Source: an uncultured bacterium (GTDB lineage: Bacteria; B130-G9). From it: a stretch of 42,530 nt of DNA. The translations under genes and the position numbers were made by a program. The stretch is from the NCBI GenBank assembly GCA_965372715.1, contig CBDVDH010000031.1, forward strand, positions 1 to 42,530. The letters are read 5' to 3'. The notes below the pieces were generated by a model that was given only the letters and a program-made list of their open reading frames with translations, was not told where the DNA came from and made no database searches. Shown in pieces: positions 15,896 through 25,695 of this stretch (the first letter of the stretch is position 1; every line of letters begins with the position of its first letter).

Positions 15896-18800
15896 ATGAA
15901 TAGACTGAGCAGCATCTTAACGGCGCTTTTGCTGGTGGCGCTGATGTTCACGGGCGCGGGCGCCTTTCACCTGAGAATAGGTCTGTACGACGGCGCCGCG
16001 TCGGACGTGCTCGACGTCACGGACTTGTGCGAGGACGTATTCGGTTTCACCCCAACGAACATTGTCCCTCTCAACGCTTGGGGGGATGCGCTGATAGATG
16101 GTTACATTGGCTTTAACGCCGACACACTCCTGATGTCCTACTGCGACCTCGAGACCCTGGATGCGCTGCCGATAGAGGATTTCATATCGGACATCTTTGG
16201 CTTCCAGCCGCTGAGGCTTTCCGTCGTTCATCGTTACGGTCAATTCGATGAGCTCGTGGCGTGGGATTACGACCGAATCGTCCTTCTGAATCTCGACGAT
16301 TTTGAGACACAGGACGTAACGATGGAGTTTGCTGGGGCGCTTTGTGTGTCAGGTTTCTGCTTCAATGAGTTCTCGAATCTGGACGACGTGACCCTGGCCT
16401 ACGACGGCGAGAACTGGTATCTCGGCTTTGAGTATATCACTGAGCTCGTGAACGGTCTGCTCGGGGCCGAGGTGGTGCGACTGACCGCGCTTAACGTTTG
16501 CGGTTCGACTGCGGACGATGCCATAATCTTCACCTTCAAGGCAGAGAACTCGGCCCCGGTGGCCGAGTTCGTCGTCTCACCTCCGACCGGCGATTCGACC
16601 ACTACGTTCCTGTTTGACGCATCCGACTCGTGGGACCTGGAGGACGAAACGGATAACTTGAAGGTTCGCTGGGACTTCGAGTCCGACGGCAATTACGAAA
16701 CGGAGCTGTCGTTCGAGAAGACCGCATATCACAAGTTCTCTTCCCCTGGCGAGAAGCAGGTAACCCTCCTTGTCATGGACACCGAGGGCGCCACCGGGAC
16801 AAAGACGAACGTTCTTGCAGTCAGCAACGCTCAGCCAACCGCAGCATTCACCGTCAATCCCGAATCGGGCACTGTGGGCACGGTGTTTTTCTTCGATGCG
16901 TCGCAGTCCTCGGATTACGAGGACGCAGCCCAGGAGCTTCAGGTGCGGTGGGATTTCGAGTCCGACGGGGTCTTCGAGACGGAGTTTGTAAAGGACAAGA
17001 CCGCATACTACCAATACGACCGGCCGCGGCTTTACACAGCCACGCTTCAAGTCCTGGATACTCATGGCGACGTCGGGCAAACGGCGGGCGATGTTCTCGT
17101 TCAGAACAGCGCTCCCTTCGCCTGCCTCACGATAACGCCACAGGAAGGCACCGTGATCACGGAGTTCGAGTTCGACGCAAGCTGCTCGAGCGATATTGAG
17201 GACGACCTCGATGCGCTTCAGGTGCGCTGGGATTGGGACAACGACGGTGAGTTCGACACTGAGTTCAGCCTCGAGAAGATCACGCATTACGTGTTTGGGG
17301 AGGTTGGGACGCGCACAGTCGGGCTTGAGGTCTTGGACTCGAGCGGTGGAAGGACCATAACGATTAGAAGCCTCGAAGTGAACAACACGCCGCCGCACGC
17401 CGCATTCCTTGCCCAACCTCAGGAGGGCACCGTCAGGACAGCATTCTCGTTTAACGCCTCGCTCTCCTACGACCTCGAGGACCCCGCGCCGGAACTTCTG
17501 GTGCGCTGGGATTTCGAGTCCGACGGTGAATACGACACCGAGTTCACGACGTTCAAGACAGCGTCTCAGAACTTCAGCACGCCGGGTCAAAAGACCATAA
17601 CGCTTGAGGTGGCGGACACCCTGGACGCCCGTTCCACCACCACTCGCTCAGTAACTGTCGTGAATACCGCACCTACTGCCTGCTTCCAGTTCACGCCTTC
17701 CACGGGAGACACGAACACTGAGTTTGCATTCGACGCCTCCTGCTCAACTGACTGGGAATCCACGGCTGGCACGCTCGAATTCCGATGGGACTTCGAGGAC
17801 GACGGCACGTTTGACACGTCTTTCTCAAACCAGCCAAAGGCCTATCATCGATTCGATACATCCGGCGTCAAGACCGTCGTGGTCGAGGTCCGGGACGAGC
17901 AGAGCTACACCGATCAGGCGAGGCATTCCTTCGAGGTCGAGCAGGGCAATCTGGCCCCCGTCGCGTGCTTCACGATTGACCCCCAGTCGGGGACTACCGA
18001 GACCGCGTTCGAGTTCGACGCCAGTTGTTCCAGCGACCCCGACTCGGCTGACCCCGCCCAGCTACAGGTCCGGTGGGATTTTGAGGGCGATGGCGCATTT
18101 GACACCCAGTTTAGTTACTCGAAGGTGGCGTATTTCACGTATAGCGCCGCCGGTTACAAGACGCCGACCGTCGAGGTCAGGGACCCTGAAGGCGCCACCG
18201 ACACCGATGACAAGCTTATCTTCGTTGAGGAGACGAACATCCCGCCAGTCGCTTGCTTCACAGTGGCCCCAGACAGCGGCAACACCGCGACCGAGTTCTC
18301 GTTCAACGCATCGTGCAGCGCCGATCCTGACGGGACGTTCGCAACGTTGCAGTTCAGATGGGATTTCGACAACGACGGGACCTACGACACGTCGTATCTC
18401 ACGTCCCCGACAATATCCCGCCAGTTCACGACGCCTGGCACAAAGACCATCGTTCTGGAGGTCAAGGACTCGGCCGGGGACACCGACACCGCACAGAGGG
18501 ATATCGAGGTCGAGGCCGAGAACGAGCCGCCTGTAGCCTGCTTCACGGTAACCCCTCCTACCGGCGACACGGCCACAGATTTCGAGTTCGACGCATCGTG
18601 CAGCACCGATCCGGGCGGCACTGACGCGACGCTTCAGGTCCGCTGGGACTGGGAGAACGATGGCACTTTCGATACGTCATTCTCGACGACCAAGACCGCG
18701 ACTCATAGGTTCACGACGGCTGGCACAAAGACCATCAGGCTTCAGGTTAGGGACACAAGCGGCGCCACCGACCAGACCACGTGGACAATTGACGTGGATG

Positions 18801-19378
18801 AGGGGAACGTGCCTCCCTCCGGCTGCTTTACGGTTACCCCTGAGGCCGGAACAACCGAGACTGACTTCTCGTTCGACGCCTCGTGCAGCACGGACCCGGA
18901 TGGGTCGGACGCGACGCTTCAGGTGCGATGGGACTGGGAAAACGACGGGACCTTTGATACCTCTTATACGACGACCAAGTCTGCGAGCCATCGCTTCGAA
19001 GAGCCAGGGCAGCCGACCATCGTCGTCGAGGTTCTCGATGAAGGCGGGGCTACGGGACGCTACGCAAGAAAGATAACGGTTGATGCTTCCGGCAACAACC
19101 CACCCGTCGCATACTTCACCGTTACCCCGGACTCAGGCACCGTCGGGACTGTGTTCTTCCTCGACGCGTCTGGCTCGTTCGACGAGGACGAGGCGACCAC
19201 AGGCACGCTTGAGGTCCAATGGGATTTCGACGGCGACGGGTCCTTCGACACGTCATACCAGACCGAAAAGACGACCACGCACTCGTTCCCTGACCCAGAC
19301 GCGTATGACATCATGCTCCGCGTCAGGGACCCCGAGGGAGCGACCGACACCTATACCAGAAGGGTCTATGTTTACTGA
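15896..19378 (+). CDS. secreted surface protein with 10 tandem PKD domains
   Basis: Signal peptide; ten ~92-aa repeats NxxPxAxF..FDASxSxD..L.VRWD[FW]xxDGxxDT..; acidic and Thr-rich; RBS GGAGG 6 nt before ATG 15896. Confidence 0.92.
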   Translation: MNRLSSILTALLLVALMFTGAGAFHLRIGLYDGAASDVLDVTDLCEDVFGFTPTNIVPLNAWGDALIDGYIGFNADTLLMSYCDLETLDALPIEDFISDIFGFQPLRLSVVHRYGQFDELVAWDYDRIVLLNLDDFETQDVTMEFAGALCVSGFCFNEFSNLDDVTLAYDGENWYLGFEYITELVNGLLGAEVVRLTALNVCGSTADDAIIFTFKAENSAPVAEFVVSPPTGDSTTTFLFDASDSWDLEDETDNLKVRWDFESDGNYETELSFEKTAYHKFSSPGEKQVTLLVMDTEGATGTKTNVLAVSNAQPTAAFTVNPESGTVGTVFFFDASQSSDYEDAAQELQVRWDFESDGVFETEFVKDKTAYYQYDRPRLYTATLQVLDTHGDVGQTAGDVLVQNSAPFACLTITPQEGTVITEFEFDASCSSDIEDDLDALQVRWDWDNDGEFDTEFSLEKITHYVFGEVGTRTVGLEVLDSSGGRTITIRSLEVNNTPPHAAFLAQPQEGTVRTAFSFNASLSYDLEDPAPELLVRWDFESDGEYDTEFTTFKTASQNFSTPGQKTITLEVADTLDARSTTTRSVTVVNTAPTACFQFTPSTGDTNTEFAFDASCSTDWESTAGTLEFRWDFEDDGTFDTSFSNQPKAYHRFDTSGVKTVVVEVRDEQSYTDQARHSFEVEQGNLAPVACFTIDPQSGTTETAFEFDASCSSDPDSADPAQLQVRWDFEGDGAFDTQFSYSKVAYFTYSAAGYKTPTVEVRDPEGATDTDDKLIFVEETNIPPVACFTVAPDSGNTATEFSFNASCSADPDGTFATLQFRWDFDNDGTYDTSYLTSPTISRQFTTPGTKTIVLEVKDSAGDTDTAQRDIEVEAENEPPVACFTVTPPTGDTATDFEFDASCSTDPGGTDATLQVRWDWENDGTFDTSFSTTKTATHRFTTAGTKTIRLQVRDTSGATDQTTWTIDVDEGNVPPSGCFTVTPEAGTTETDFSFDASCSTDPDGSDATLQVRWDWENDGTFDTSYTTTKSASHRFEEPGQPTIVVEVLDEGGATGRYARKITVDASGNNPPVAYFTVTPDSGTVGTVFFLDASGSFDEDEATTGTLEVQWDFDGDGSFDTSYQTEKTTTHSFPDPDAYDIMLRVRDPEGATDTYTRRVYVY

Positions 19379-20334
19379 TGCACCAGGGGATGATCGTCGC
19401 GGATGCACACTGCGACACAATGCTGAGGGCGTTCGACGGGCATGATCTGACTTGCGATGACCCGGACTGCCACATCGACGCCCCGAAATTGCGGTTGGGT
19501 GGTGTCGATTTTGAGGTCTTTGCGCTGTGGACGAGCGTCTCCACCCTACCGAAAAGGGGCGGCGAAAGGCTGATGACGCTTGCTGCGCATCTGGCGTCGT
19601 TCCTGTCGCTTGCCGCAGAAACAGTTGCTCTTGCACGGTCCTATTCCGATTTCGAGCGGAACCTCTCGCAGTCGAAGACCAGCGTCGTGCTCGGCGTCGA
19701 AGGCGCCCACTGCCTCACGCCGGGTGAGGCCTCGATTGACCTCTGCCGCGACATTGGGGTCCGGATAATAACTCTTTGCTGGAACAATACCAACTGGCTG
19801 GCCGCTTCCGCGGTTCAGGCCGTCTCGTTTCCGTATGGGTTGACCCCGCTGGGTCGCCGCGCGGTCAGGAGAATGTGCCAGCGGGGCATCATAGTTGACG
19901 TATCACACGCCTCGGAGCGGACGTTTTGGGACGTCGCGGAGACCTGCGACAGGCCGTTTATTGCGTCACACTCCTGTGCCAAGGGGGTGCATGATCATCC
20001 CCGAAACCTTGACGACGAGCAGATACGCGCGATCGCATACGCTAACGGTGTGATCGGCATCAACTTCCACAGGGAGTTCCTGAGGTCCGACCCAGGCGCT
20101 ACCATCGACGACGTAATCACCCACACCGAATACATTCTCGGTATTGTGGGCGATGACCACGTTTGCTTTGGTTCTGATTTCGACGGCATCTCGATGGGGC
20201 CGGAGGGTCTCGAGAACGCCACTAAGTTCCCAGTGCTAATAGACCGCCTCCTCGAAAGGGGGCATCCTGAGGCGACGGTGCGAAAAATCGCGGGCGAGAA
20301 CCTCCTCCGAGTCTTCGGGGAAGTCTGCGCATAG
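19378..20334 (+). CDS. membrane dipeptidase family (peptidase M19)
   Basis: DAHCD, LGVEG, LCWNNTN, IVDVSH, IASHS, HPRNLDD, FGSDFDG, KIAGEN; TGATG overlap with the PKD gene. Confidence 0.95.
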   Translation: MHQGMIVADAHCDTMLRAFDGHDLTCDDPDCHIDAPKLRLGGVDFEVFALWTSVSTLPKRGGERLMTLAAHLASFLSLAAETVALARSYSDFERNLSQSKTSVVLGVEGAHCLTPGEASIDLCRDIGVRIITLCWNNTNWLAASAVQAVSFPYGLTPLGRRAVRRMCQRGIIVDVSHASERTFWDVAETCDRPFIASHSCAKGVHDHPRNLDDEQIRAIAYANGVIGINFHREFLRSDPGATIDDVITHTEYILGIVGDDHVCFGSDFDGISMGPEGLENATKFPVLIDRLLERGHPEATVRKIAGENLLRVFGEVCA

Positions 20335-20350
20335 CTACGGAAAAGAGCCG

Positions 20351-22576
20351 ATGACTGGCTATTTCTCCGCCCTCATTAGGCTGTGGGCCGTCAGCTTTGG
20401 CCTAGGCGTCATAGCCCTGCCAGTCGTCCTACTTCCATGTAAATCACTCCGCGACCGGGGATACGCCATTAGCAAGGTCCTCGGCGCCCTCTTCATAACC
20501 TATGGCGCCTGGCTGGCGTCGTCCCTCAAGATTGCCCCGTTCGGATTAGTCTCCATCCTGACATCTGCCGCAGTTCTCGCCATAGCGTCGGTAGTGTTGA
20601 TACTCCTGAGGCGCAAGGAGATGACGAATCTCATAATACCTCGGCTGCGGACAATAGCGCTGACCGAGGCCCTTTTCATCGTCCTCCTTGCTCTGATTCT
20701 CCTCCTGATTGGCTTCTATCCTGACATAAAACCGGGCTCAGAGGGGATGATGGACATTGGCATCCTCAACTCGGTGTCCAGGACAGAGTACTTTCCCGCA
20801 AAGGACGTATGGATGGGGGGTGAGAACATAAATTACTACTATTTCGGCCAGGTCCTCGCGGCCGCGGTCTCCAAGCTGTGCGGCATGACGCCAGGCGCCT
20901 TCTACAATCCTGCAAAGGGCCTTGTATTCGCCTTATTCTGGCTCTCGGTGTTTGCGCTGGGTCTCTCAATGACAGGGCGCGCGTTATACGGTCTTCTTGC
21001 ACTCTTCCTGGTGGGGATAGCTGGCAACCTCGATGCTCTGCTCCAGCTCCTTGCATTTTACAGCCCGCTGTCTCTGGATTGGTTCGGCGCCTCAAGAATC
21101 ATTCCGGGCACAATAAATGAGTTCCCTTTCTTCAGCCTGCTGTGGGGCGATCTGCACGCCTATGTCCTGTCGTTTCCGCTCTTCGCGACATCGCTCAACC
21201 TCCTCTTCTGCCTGAATGCGCGCCTCAACCCCTCGCACAGGGATTCAGCCCACGCGAAGACCCCATACGGACTCATAGGGCTGCTGGCGCTGTGCGGGGG
21301 CGCGCTCGTGGTCACTAACGCGTGGGACTTCATATCGATGTCAGTCGTTCTGTTCATCGTTGTTGTGTCGATGTTACCTCTACTGAAAGCAAATCTTGCG
21401 GGCCGCATCGGCGCTGTTGTCAAGGTCGCTGCCCCAGTTCTTGTAGGGGCAATCGTTCTCTTTCTGCCTTTCATAACCTCGGTATCCCAGAAACGTCCCA
21501 TTCGCCTCGTAAAGACGCGCACAGACTTCGCCGATTTTCTGGTCGTTTTTGGGATTCTGCTTGGGCCGATCCTCGTTGAGGCGATCGCTACCATTCATCG
21601 GGCCCGCGTGGGTCAAAAAGCGACTCTATCTCGAGCCGGCTGGGTGGTCCCGACGTTCATAATCGCCTGTGCGTTCGTGGCTTTCGGAAGGCCAACCTGG
21701 ATTCTGATTCTCATTATCATCCCAGTCGCGATTCTCGAGCACTTTTACGTAGGCCGGCTCTGGTCTGGACAGGGCGAAGCAGAGCGCGGCAAAGGGTCGC
21801 TCTCTCGGGGCAACTTCTTCACGATCCTGGTTATCTCCGGCGCGTTGATCGCATTCAGCTGCGAGATGTTCTTTGTAAAGGATGTTTATGCCGAGAGGCT
21901 GGCTCGTATGAATACGGTATTCAAGCTCTACCTTCACGTATGGATTCTGTGGGGCCTAGCGGCGTCGTATGCGATGTGGGTGGCCAGACGGCACTTAATC
22001 CGCCAACTGACTCCCTTCGCGCGTCGAGCGGCCAACGCGCTTGTGGTCTTCTGCCTCGGCGCCGGGGCCCTATATCCGATGCTCGCGCCGATTTCTAGAA
22101 CCGAGCTTTTCTCACAGCCTTACAGCCTCGATGCGGAACGTGAGTTCAGGAATAAGTACCCGCAGGATGCCGCGGCCGCGAAGTGGCTTCGGGAGAATAT
22201 ACAAGGTCAGGTCGTCATCGCCGAGGCGAGTGCTTCAGCGTACGACTGGCCAGGGCGAATTGCGGCCTTCACTGGGCACTGCGCCGTCATCGGGTGGCGC
22301 GGGCATGAGGCCGGCTGGCGGGACGAATTCAGCGGGCCGTATCACAGGTCATACGAGATGAGTCGGCTGTTCACAACGACGGACCCCGAGGTCGCGCTGG
22401 GCATACTGTCGGAGTTCGGCGTTCAACTGATCTACTATGGTGAGGTTGAAAGAGAGCTGTATGGCGATGGGGGTCTTGAGATGTTTGAGCGCGCGTTTTC
22501 GACTATCTACGCTTCTGATGCGGTCAAGGTGTTTGATGTGAGCAAACCGAAGCTAGATTTCGGAGAACCTCGATGA
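20351..22576 (+). CDS. DUF2298 (YYY motif) polytopic membrane protein, putative GT-C glycosyltransferase
   Basis: EGMMD, INYYYFG, TINEFPFFS..GDLHAY, TNAWD, RMNTVFKLY, VIGWRGHE motifs; many TM helices. Confidence 0.9.
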   Translation: MTGYFSALIRLWAVSFGLGVIALPVVLLPCKSLRDRGYAISKVLGALFITYGAWLASSLKIAPFGLVSILTSAAVLAIASVVLILLRRKEMTNLIIPRLRTIALTEALFIVLLALILLLIGFYPDIKPGSEGMMDIGILNSVSRTEYFPAKDVWMGGENINYYYFGQVLAAAVSKLCGMTPGAFYNPAKGLVFALFWLSVFALGLSMTGRALYGLLALFLVGIAGNLDALLQLLAFYSPLSLDWFGASRIIPGTINEFPFFSLLWGDLHAYVLSFPLFATSLNLLFCLNARLNPSHRDSAHAKTPYGLIGLLALCGGALVVTNAWDFISMSVVLFIVVVSMLPLLKANLAGRIGAVVKVAAPVLVGAIVLFLPFITSVSQKRPIRLVKTRTDFADFLVVFGILLGPILVEAIATIHRARVGQKATLSRAGWVVPTFIIACAFVAFGRPTWILILIIIPVAILEHFYVGRLWSGQGEAERGKGSLSRGNFFTILVISGALIAFSCEMFFVKDVYAERLARMNTVFKLYLHVWILWGLAASYAMWVARRHLIRQLTPFARRAANALVVFCLGAGALYPMLAPISRTELFSQPYSLDAEREFRNKYPQDAAAAKWLRENIQGQVVIAEASASAYDWPGRIAAFTGHCAVIGWRGHEAGWRDEFSGPYHRSYEMSRLFTTTDPEVALGILSEFGVQLIYYGEVERELYGDGGLEMFERAFSTIYASDAVKVFDVSKPKLDFGEPR

Positions 22577-24588
22577 GCACACACAAGAGCGCCTACGATA
22601 CATTCTTCTTCGTCTTCGTGGCAGTCTCGCTTCTCTCCGTCCTTCTGCGCTTCTGGGACCTTGAGGTTAAGCCGCTTCATCACGATGAGGGCGTCAATGG
22701 CTTCTTTCTGGACAAGCTTGTCGAGAGGAACTTCTACCGCTACAGCCCGGAGAACTACCATGGGCCGCTCATCTACTACCTAGCTCTCGTGTCGGTCAAA
22801 CTGTTTGGCCGAAGCATCTTCGCGCTTCGTTTCTTTCCCGCTCTCCTGGGTACCCTGACGGTGGTGTTGCTTTGGCAGCTGAAGGACCGGCTCGGGAAGT
22901 TCCCCGCGGCCGGGGCTGCGGCTATACTCGCGGCCTCGCCCACTTTCGTCTATTACAGTCGTGAGTTTATCCACGAGATACACATCGTCTTCTTCACGCT
23001 GCTTTTCTTCCTCTGCGCAGAGCGTTTCAGCCGAACCCGACGCGGCAGCATGCTCGTCCTTGCCTCGTTATCGCTGGCTCTTTGCTTCACAACGAAGGAG
23101 ACAGCGCTGCTTCACACAATCGTGATGCTGGTCGCATTCATGATTGCGACCGGCACGGGCGCCGGGCGGGGCCGCTCGGGCCCGGTCGGTGTCGCCCGGC
23201 AGCTCGTCGCTGGACCCACGCGGGTCTTACTCTCGACCGTTGGGCGCCATCCGTTGGCCTTCGCCGCCTCGGTGGTTCTCTTCTGGGCGACGATAGTGGT
23301 CTTCTTCTCGTCATTCTTCACAAACTTCAAGGGGATTGTCGATTTCTTCGCGGCCTTTACCGCCTGGACGAGAACAGGGGTGGAGATTGGCGGCCACGCC
23401 AAGCCAGTTTTCTACTTCATCCCAGTCCTGTGGCGGATGGAGCCGCTGGCGCTGATGCTGGGGGCGCTCGGGCTTGCCGGAGCGCTTCATTCGCGAGATA
23501 CGTTTGAGCGTTTCGTTTCCATTTGGGCCTTGCTCACGTTCGCGCTCTATTCGGTCATTCCCTACAAGACGCCCTGGCTTACGATGAACATTATGACCCC
23601 GCTGGTCGTCTGCCTGGGATGTTTCATAGGTCGCGTTCAGCGCGCTTTGAGGGGCCGTCCGTTAGCGGCCGCAGTCTGTGTTGCCGCATTCGGCGGGGCG
23701 ACCTGGTGGTCGGCAGCGCTCGCCTGGGATATCGCACTCGTGCGATATGACGACAACACCGAGCCAATCGTTTACGTCCACACGTTCCGTGAGATCGATG
23801 ACCTGATGGCGCGGATCGAGGAGGTAGCAAGCAGGATCAAGGGGCGCGAGACCCGCATCTCTGTTTTCTCGGACCGTCAGTGGCCGCTGAGCTGGTACTT
23901 GCACCATTTCAACAGCGCGTATCCGGACGATGTAACCGCAGAGAAGGTCGATCGTGCCGACATTATCGTGGCTTCGATCGATCAGGAGGATGAGATCGAG
24001 GAGCTTAGTAACGGCAGATTCGTTGGCGAGCGTTACAACTTAAGACCTCAGGTTTCGCTGACCTTGTTTGTCCCTCGCGAACATGCGGGGCCCTTGAGGC
24101 AGTCAAGTAGGCGGACGGAAGCCTTTCTGCCGCTTGGGACGCCGGTTGCCCTGGCCAGGGGCCTTGTGGCGAGCTACTTCAAGGGGCGGCAGCTGCTTCC
24201 ACCTGCGTATCGAGTTGAGGTGCAGAAAGTAGTTGAGTTTGAATATGATGACAAGAGCGGCAAGGATTTCACGCCCCCCGCGAGCATACGGTGGGATGGG
24301 TATCTGAAGGTCCCCAAGACAGGCGAGTATAGTTTTTTCCTTACTTCTGACGACGGCTCCCGCCTGTGGATCGACGACGTCCTATTGATCGATAATTGGG
24401 GCGAGCACGCGGCAGATACAAAGGCCGCCTCAGCGACTCTCGCCGGAGGCTACCACCGCATTCGCGTGGAGTACTTCGACTGCGGGGGTGGTGCGGTCAT
24501 AAGACTCGAGTGGCAGCCACCCGACAGAGACACGGAGCTCTTGACGCCCATATTCCTCTACCATCCGGAGGACGCCGCTCCTGAATAG
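22573..24588 (+). CDS. TIGR03663/Agl23-like PMT-family membrane protein with a C-terminal PA14 domain
   Basis: LRFWDL..KPLHHDEG, YSPENYHGP, YSREFIHE, TTKE, YKTPW, WPLSWY; PA14 motifs RWDGYL..GEYSF..SDDGSRLWID; ATGA overlap. Confidence 0.88.
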   Translation: MSTHKSAYDTFFFVFVAVSLLSVLLRFWDLEVKPLHHDEGVNGFFLDKLVERNFYRYSPENYHGPLIYYLALVSVKLFGRSIFALRFFPALLGTLTVVLLWQLKDRLGKFPAAGAAAILAASPTFVYYSREFIHEIHIVFFTLLFFLCAERFSRTRRGSMLVLASLSLALCFTTKETALLHTIVMLVAFMIATGTGAGRGRSGPVGVARQLVAGPTRVLLSTVGRHPLAFAASVVLFWATIVVFFSSFFTNFKGIVDFFAAFTAWTRTGVEIGGHAKPVFYFIPVLWRMEPLALMLGALGLAGALHSRDTFERFVSIWALLTFALYSVIPYKTPWLTMNIMTPLVVCLGCFIGRVQRALRGRPLAAAVCVAAFGGATWWSAALAWDIALVRYDDNTEPIVYVHTFREIDDLMARIEEVASRIKGRETRISVFSDRQWPLSWYLHHFNSAYPDDVTAEKVDRADIIVASIDQEDEIEELSNGRFVGERYNLRPQVSLTLFVPREHAGPLRQSSRRTEAFLPLGTPVALARGLVASYFKGRQLLPPAYRVEVQKVVEFEYDDKSGKDFTPPASIRWDGYLKVPKTGEYSFFLTSDDGSRLWIDDVLLIDNWGEHAADTKAASATLAGGYHRIRVEYFDCGGGAVIRLEWQPPDRDTELLTPIFLYHPEDAAPE

Positions 24589-24635
24589 AACGACCCCACC
24601 CGATAGCAGCATCAGCCAGCGCCCGGGTGGTTCGC

Positions 24636-25361
24636 CTACTCCGTGTCGCGCCTCTCGATGCGCTCGTCGATAAGCCTCTTGGCGATGTCCGTCTTCTCCT
24701 GAATGAACCGCAGGACGGCCTTTTCGTCGTAGTCGGGGTGCTTCCCAAAGAAGGTCGAGGCGAAGTGAATCAAGTTGCCTGGGACACAGAGCGGCTGCGT
24801 GCCCGGGTTGCGGTCGCCGACGGCTATCCCTACGCTCTTGACGCCCTTTTCGGCCAGGAGTTTGAACTTCGCCTCGCGGGAGCCGACGTCGTAAACCGGC
24901 GTCAGGAAATCGAGCCCATAGTGTTTGTAGAAGCCACGAATGGCGACGACGCTCTGCGGCATTTGCTCAACGTAGTACTCGGTCTCGCTCGATGAGCCGT
25001 CGCTTGCTGCCTGAATGTCGTGTTCGAGGCAATAGATGATATTGCCCGCATGCATCGAGAGCTTGCAGGCCAGGCACCATATAAACCGCGACTTGTAGCT
25101 CTTGTAGTCGCGAACCGCGCTTCTGACGAATATGCGCTGGAAGATGTCCTTGACGGAGGTTATGACGTGAACGAAACGCTGCGGGCCATAGACCTCGATC
25201 AGTCCATTCGCCCCCTTTTTAGCCCAACTGAGAAACAGCTGGCCGTAGCCGTAACTGTACGTTATCAGATGGAGCCTCTCAAACTGCTCAAGCATGATGA
25301 TCGCGGAGGCAGAGGAGTCCAGCCCCCCAGAGTACATCAGCAGCGCCTCGTTCTTGGCCAT
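24636..25361 (-). CDS. PP-loop (adenine nucleotide alpha-hydrolase) family protein, only N-terminally QueC-like
   Basis: ALLMYSGGLDSS PP-loop; CLAC and QPLC cysteines; RBS AAGGAG before ATG 25361. Confidence 0.8.
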   Translation of the reverse strand: MAKNEALLMYSGGLDSSASAIIMLEQFERLHLITYSYGYGQLFLSWAKKGANGLIEVYGPQRFVHVITSVKDIFQRIFVRSAVRDYKSYKSRFIWCLACKLSMHAGNIIYCLEHDIQAASDGSSSETEYYVEQMPQSVVAIRGFYKHYGLDFLTPVYDVGSREAKFKLLAEKGVKSVGIAVGDRNPGTQPLCVPGNLIHFASTFFGKHPDYDEKAVLRFIQEKTDIAKRLIDERIERRDTE

Positions 25362-25509
25362 ACGTTTCTTCTCCTTACTGTCAACCAAATGGTAACGCCG
25401 GACATGCGTACCTAAAGGGGACGATACCCGCAGGCTCGCTTGCGGTCAAGCTCTGCGTAGGGCGCGAACAGAAACTGTAACAACTCTCAGAACATCGCAC
25501 ATGGACGTA

Positions 25510-25538
25510 TTGACACGGCAAATCGGAAGAGGTACATT
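25510..25538 (+). promoter_or_regulatory. putative sigma70 promoter of the signalling operon
   Basis: TTGACA-N17-TACATT. Confidence 0.6.
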
Positions 25539-25695
25539 CCATGTGAGGTTAGGTGTATCGCATCGAGAAAGGGAACGGCAGGTCGGTGTCTCACTACGGC
25601 TTTCAGTCGCATAGCTCCTGTCATCTTGAGGTCATTCAACATCAACCGCCCGGCGGTGCCCCAGCGAGGTTCTCGACCCGAGTGAGAGATATACC

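Noticed and set aside
18520-19000. Near-identical DNA between PKD repeats 8 and 9 as a DGR template/variable pair
   Set aside because: Both copies are in-frame domain repeats, differences are not adenine-specific, and the only RT evidence belongs to a group II intron.
24636-25361. queC or Qat/Dpd defence gene
   Set aside because: It lacks QueC zinc and substrate motifs and has no que, dpd or qat neighbours.
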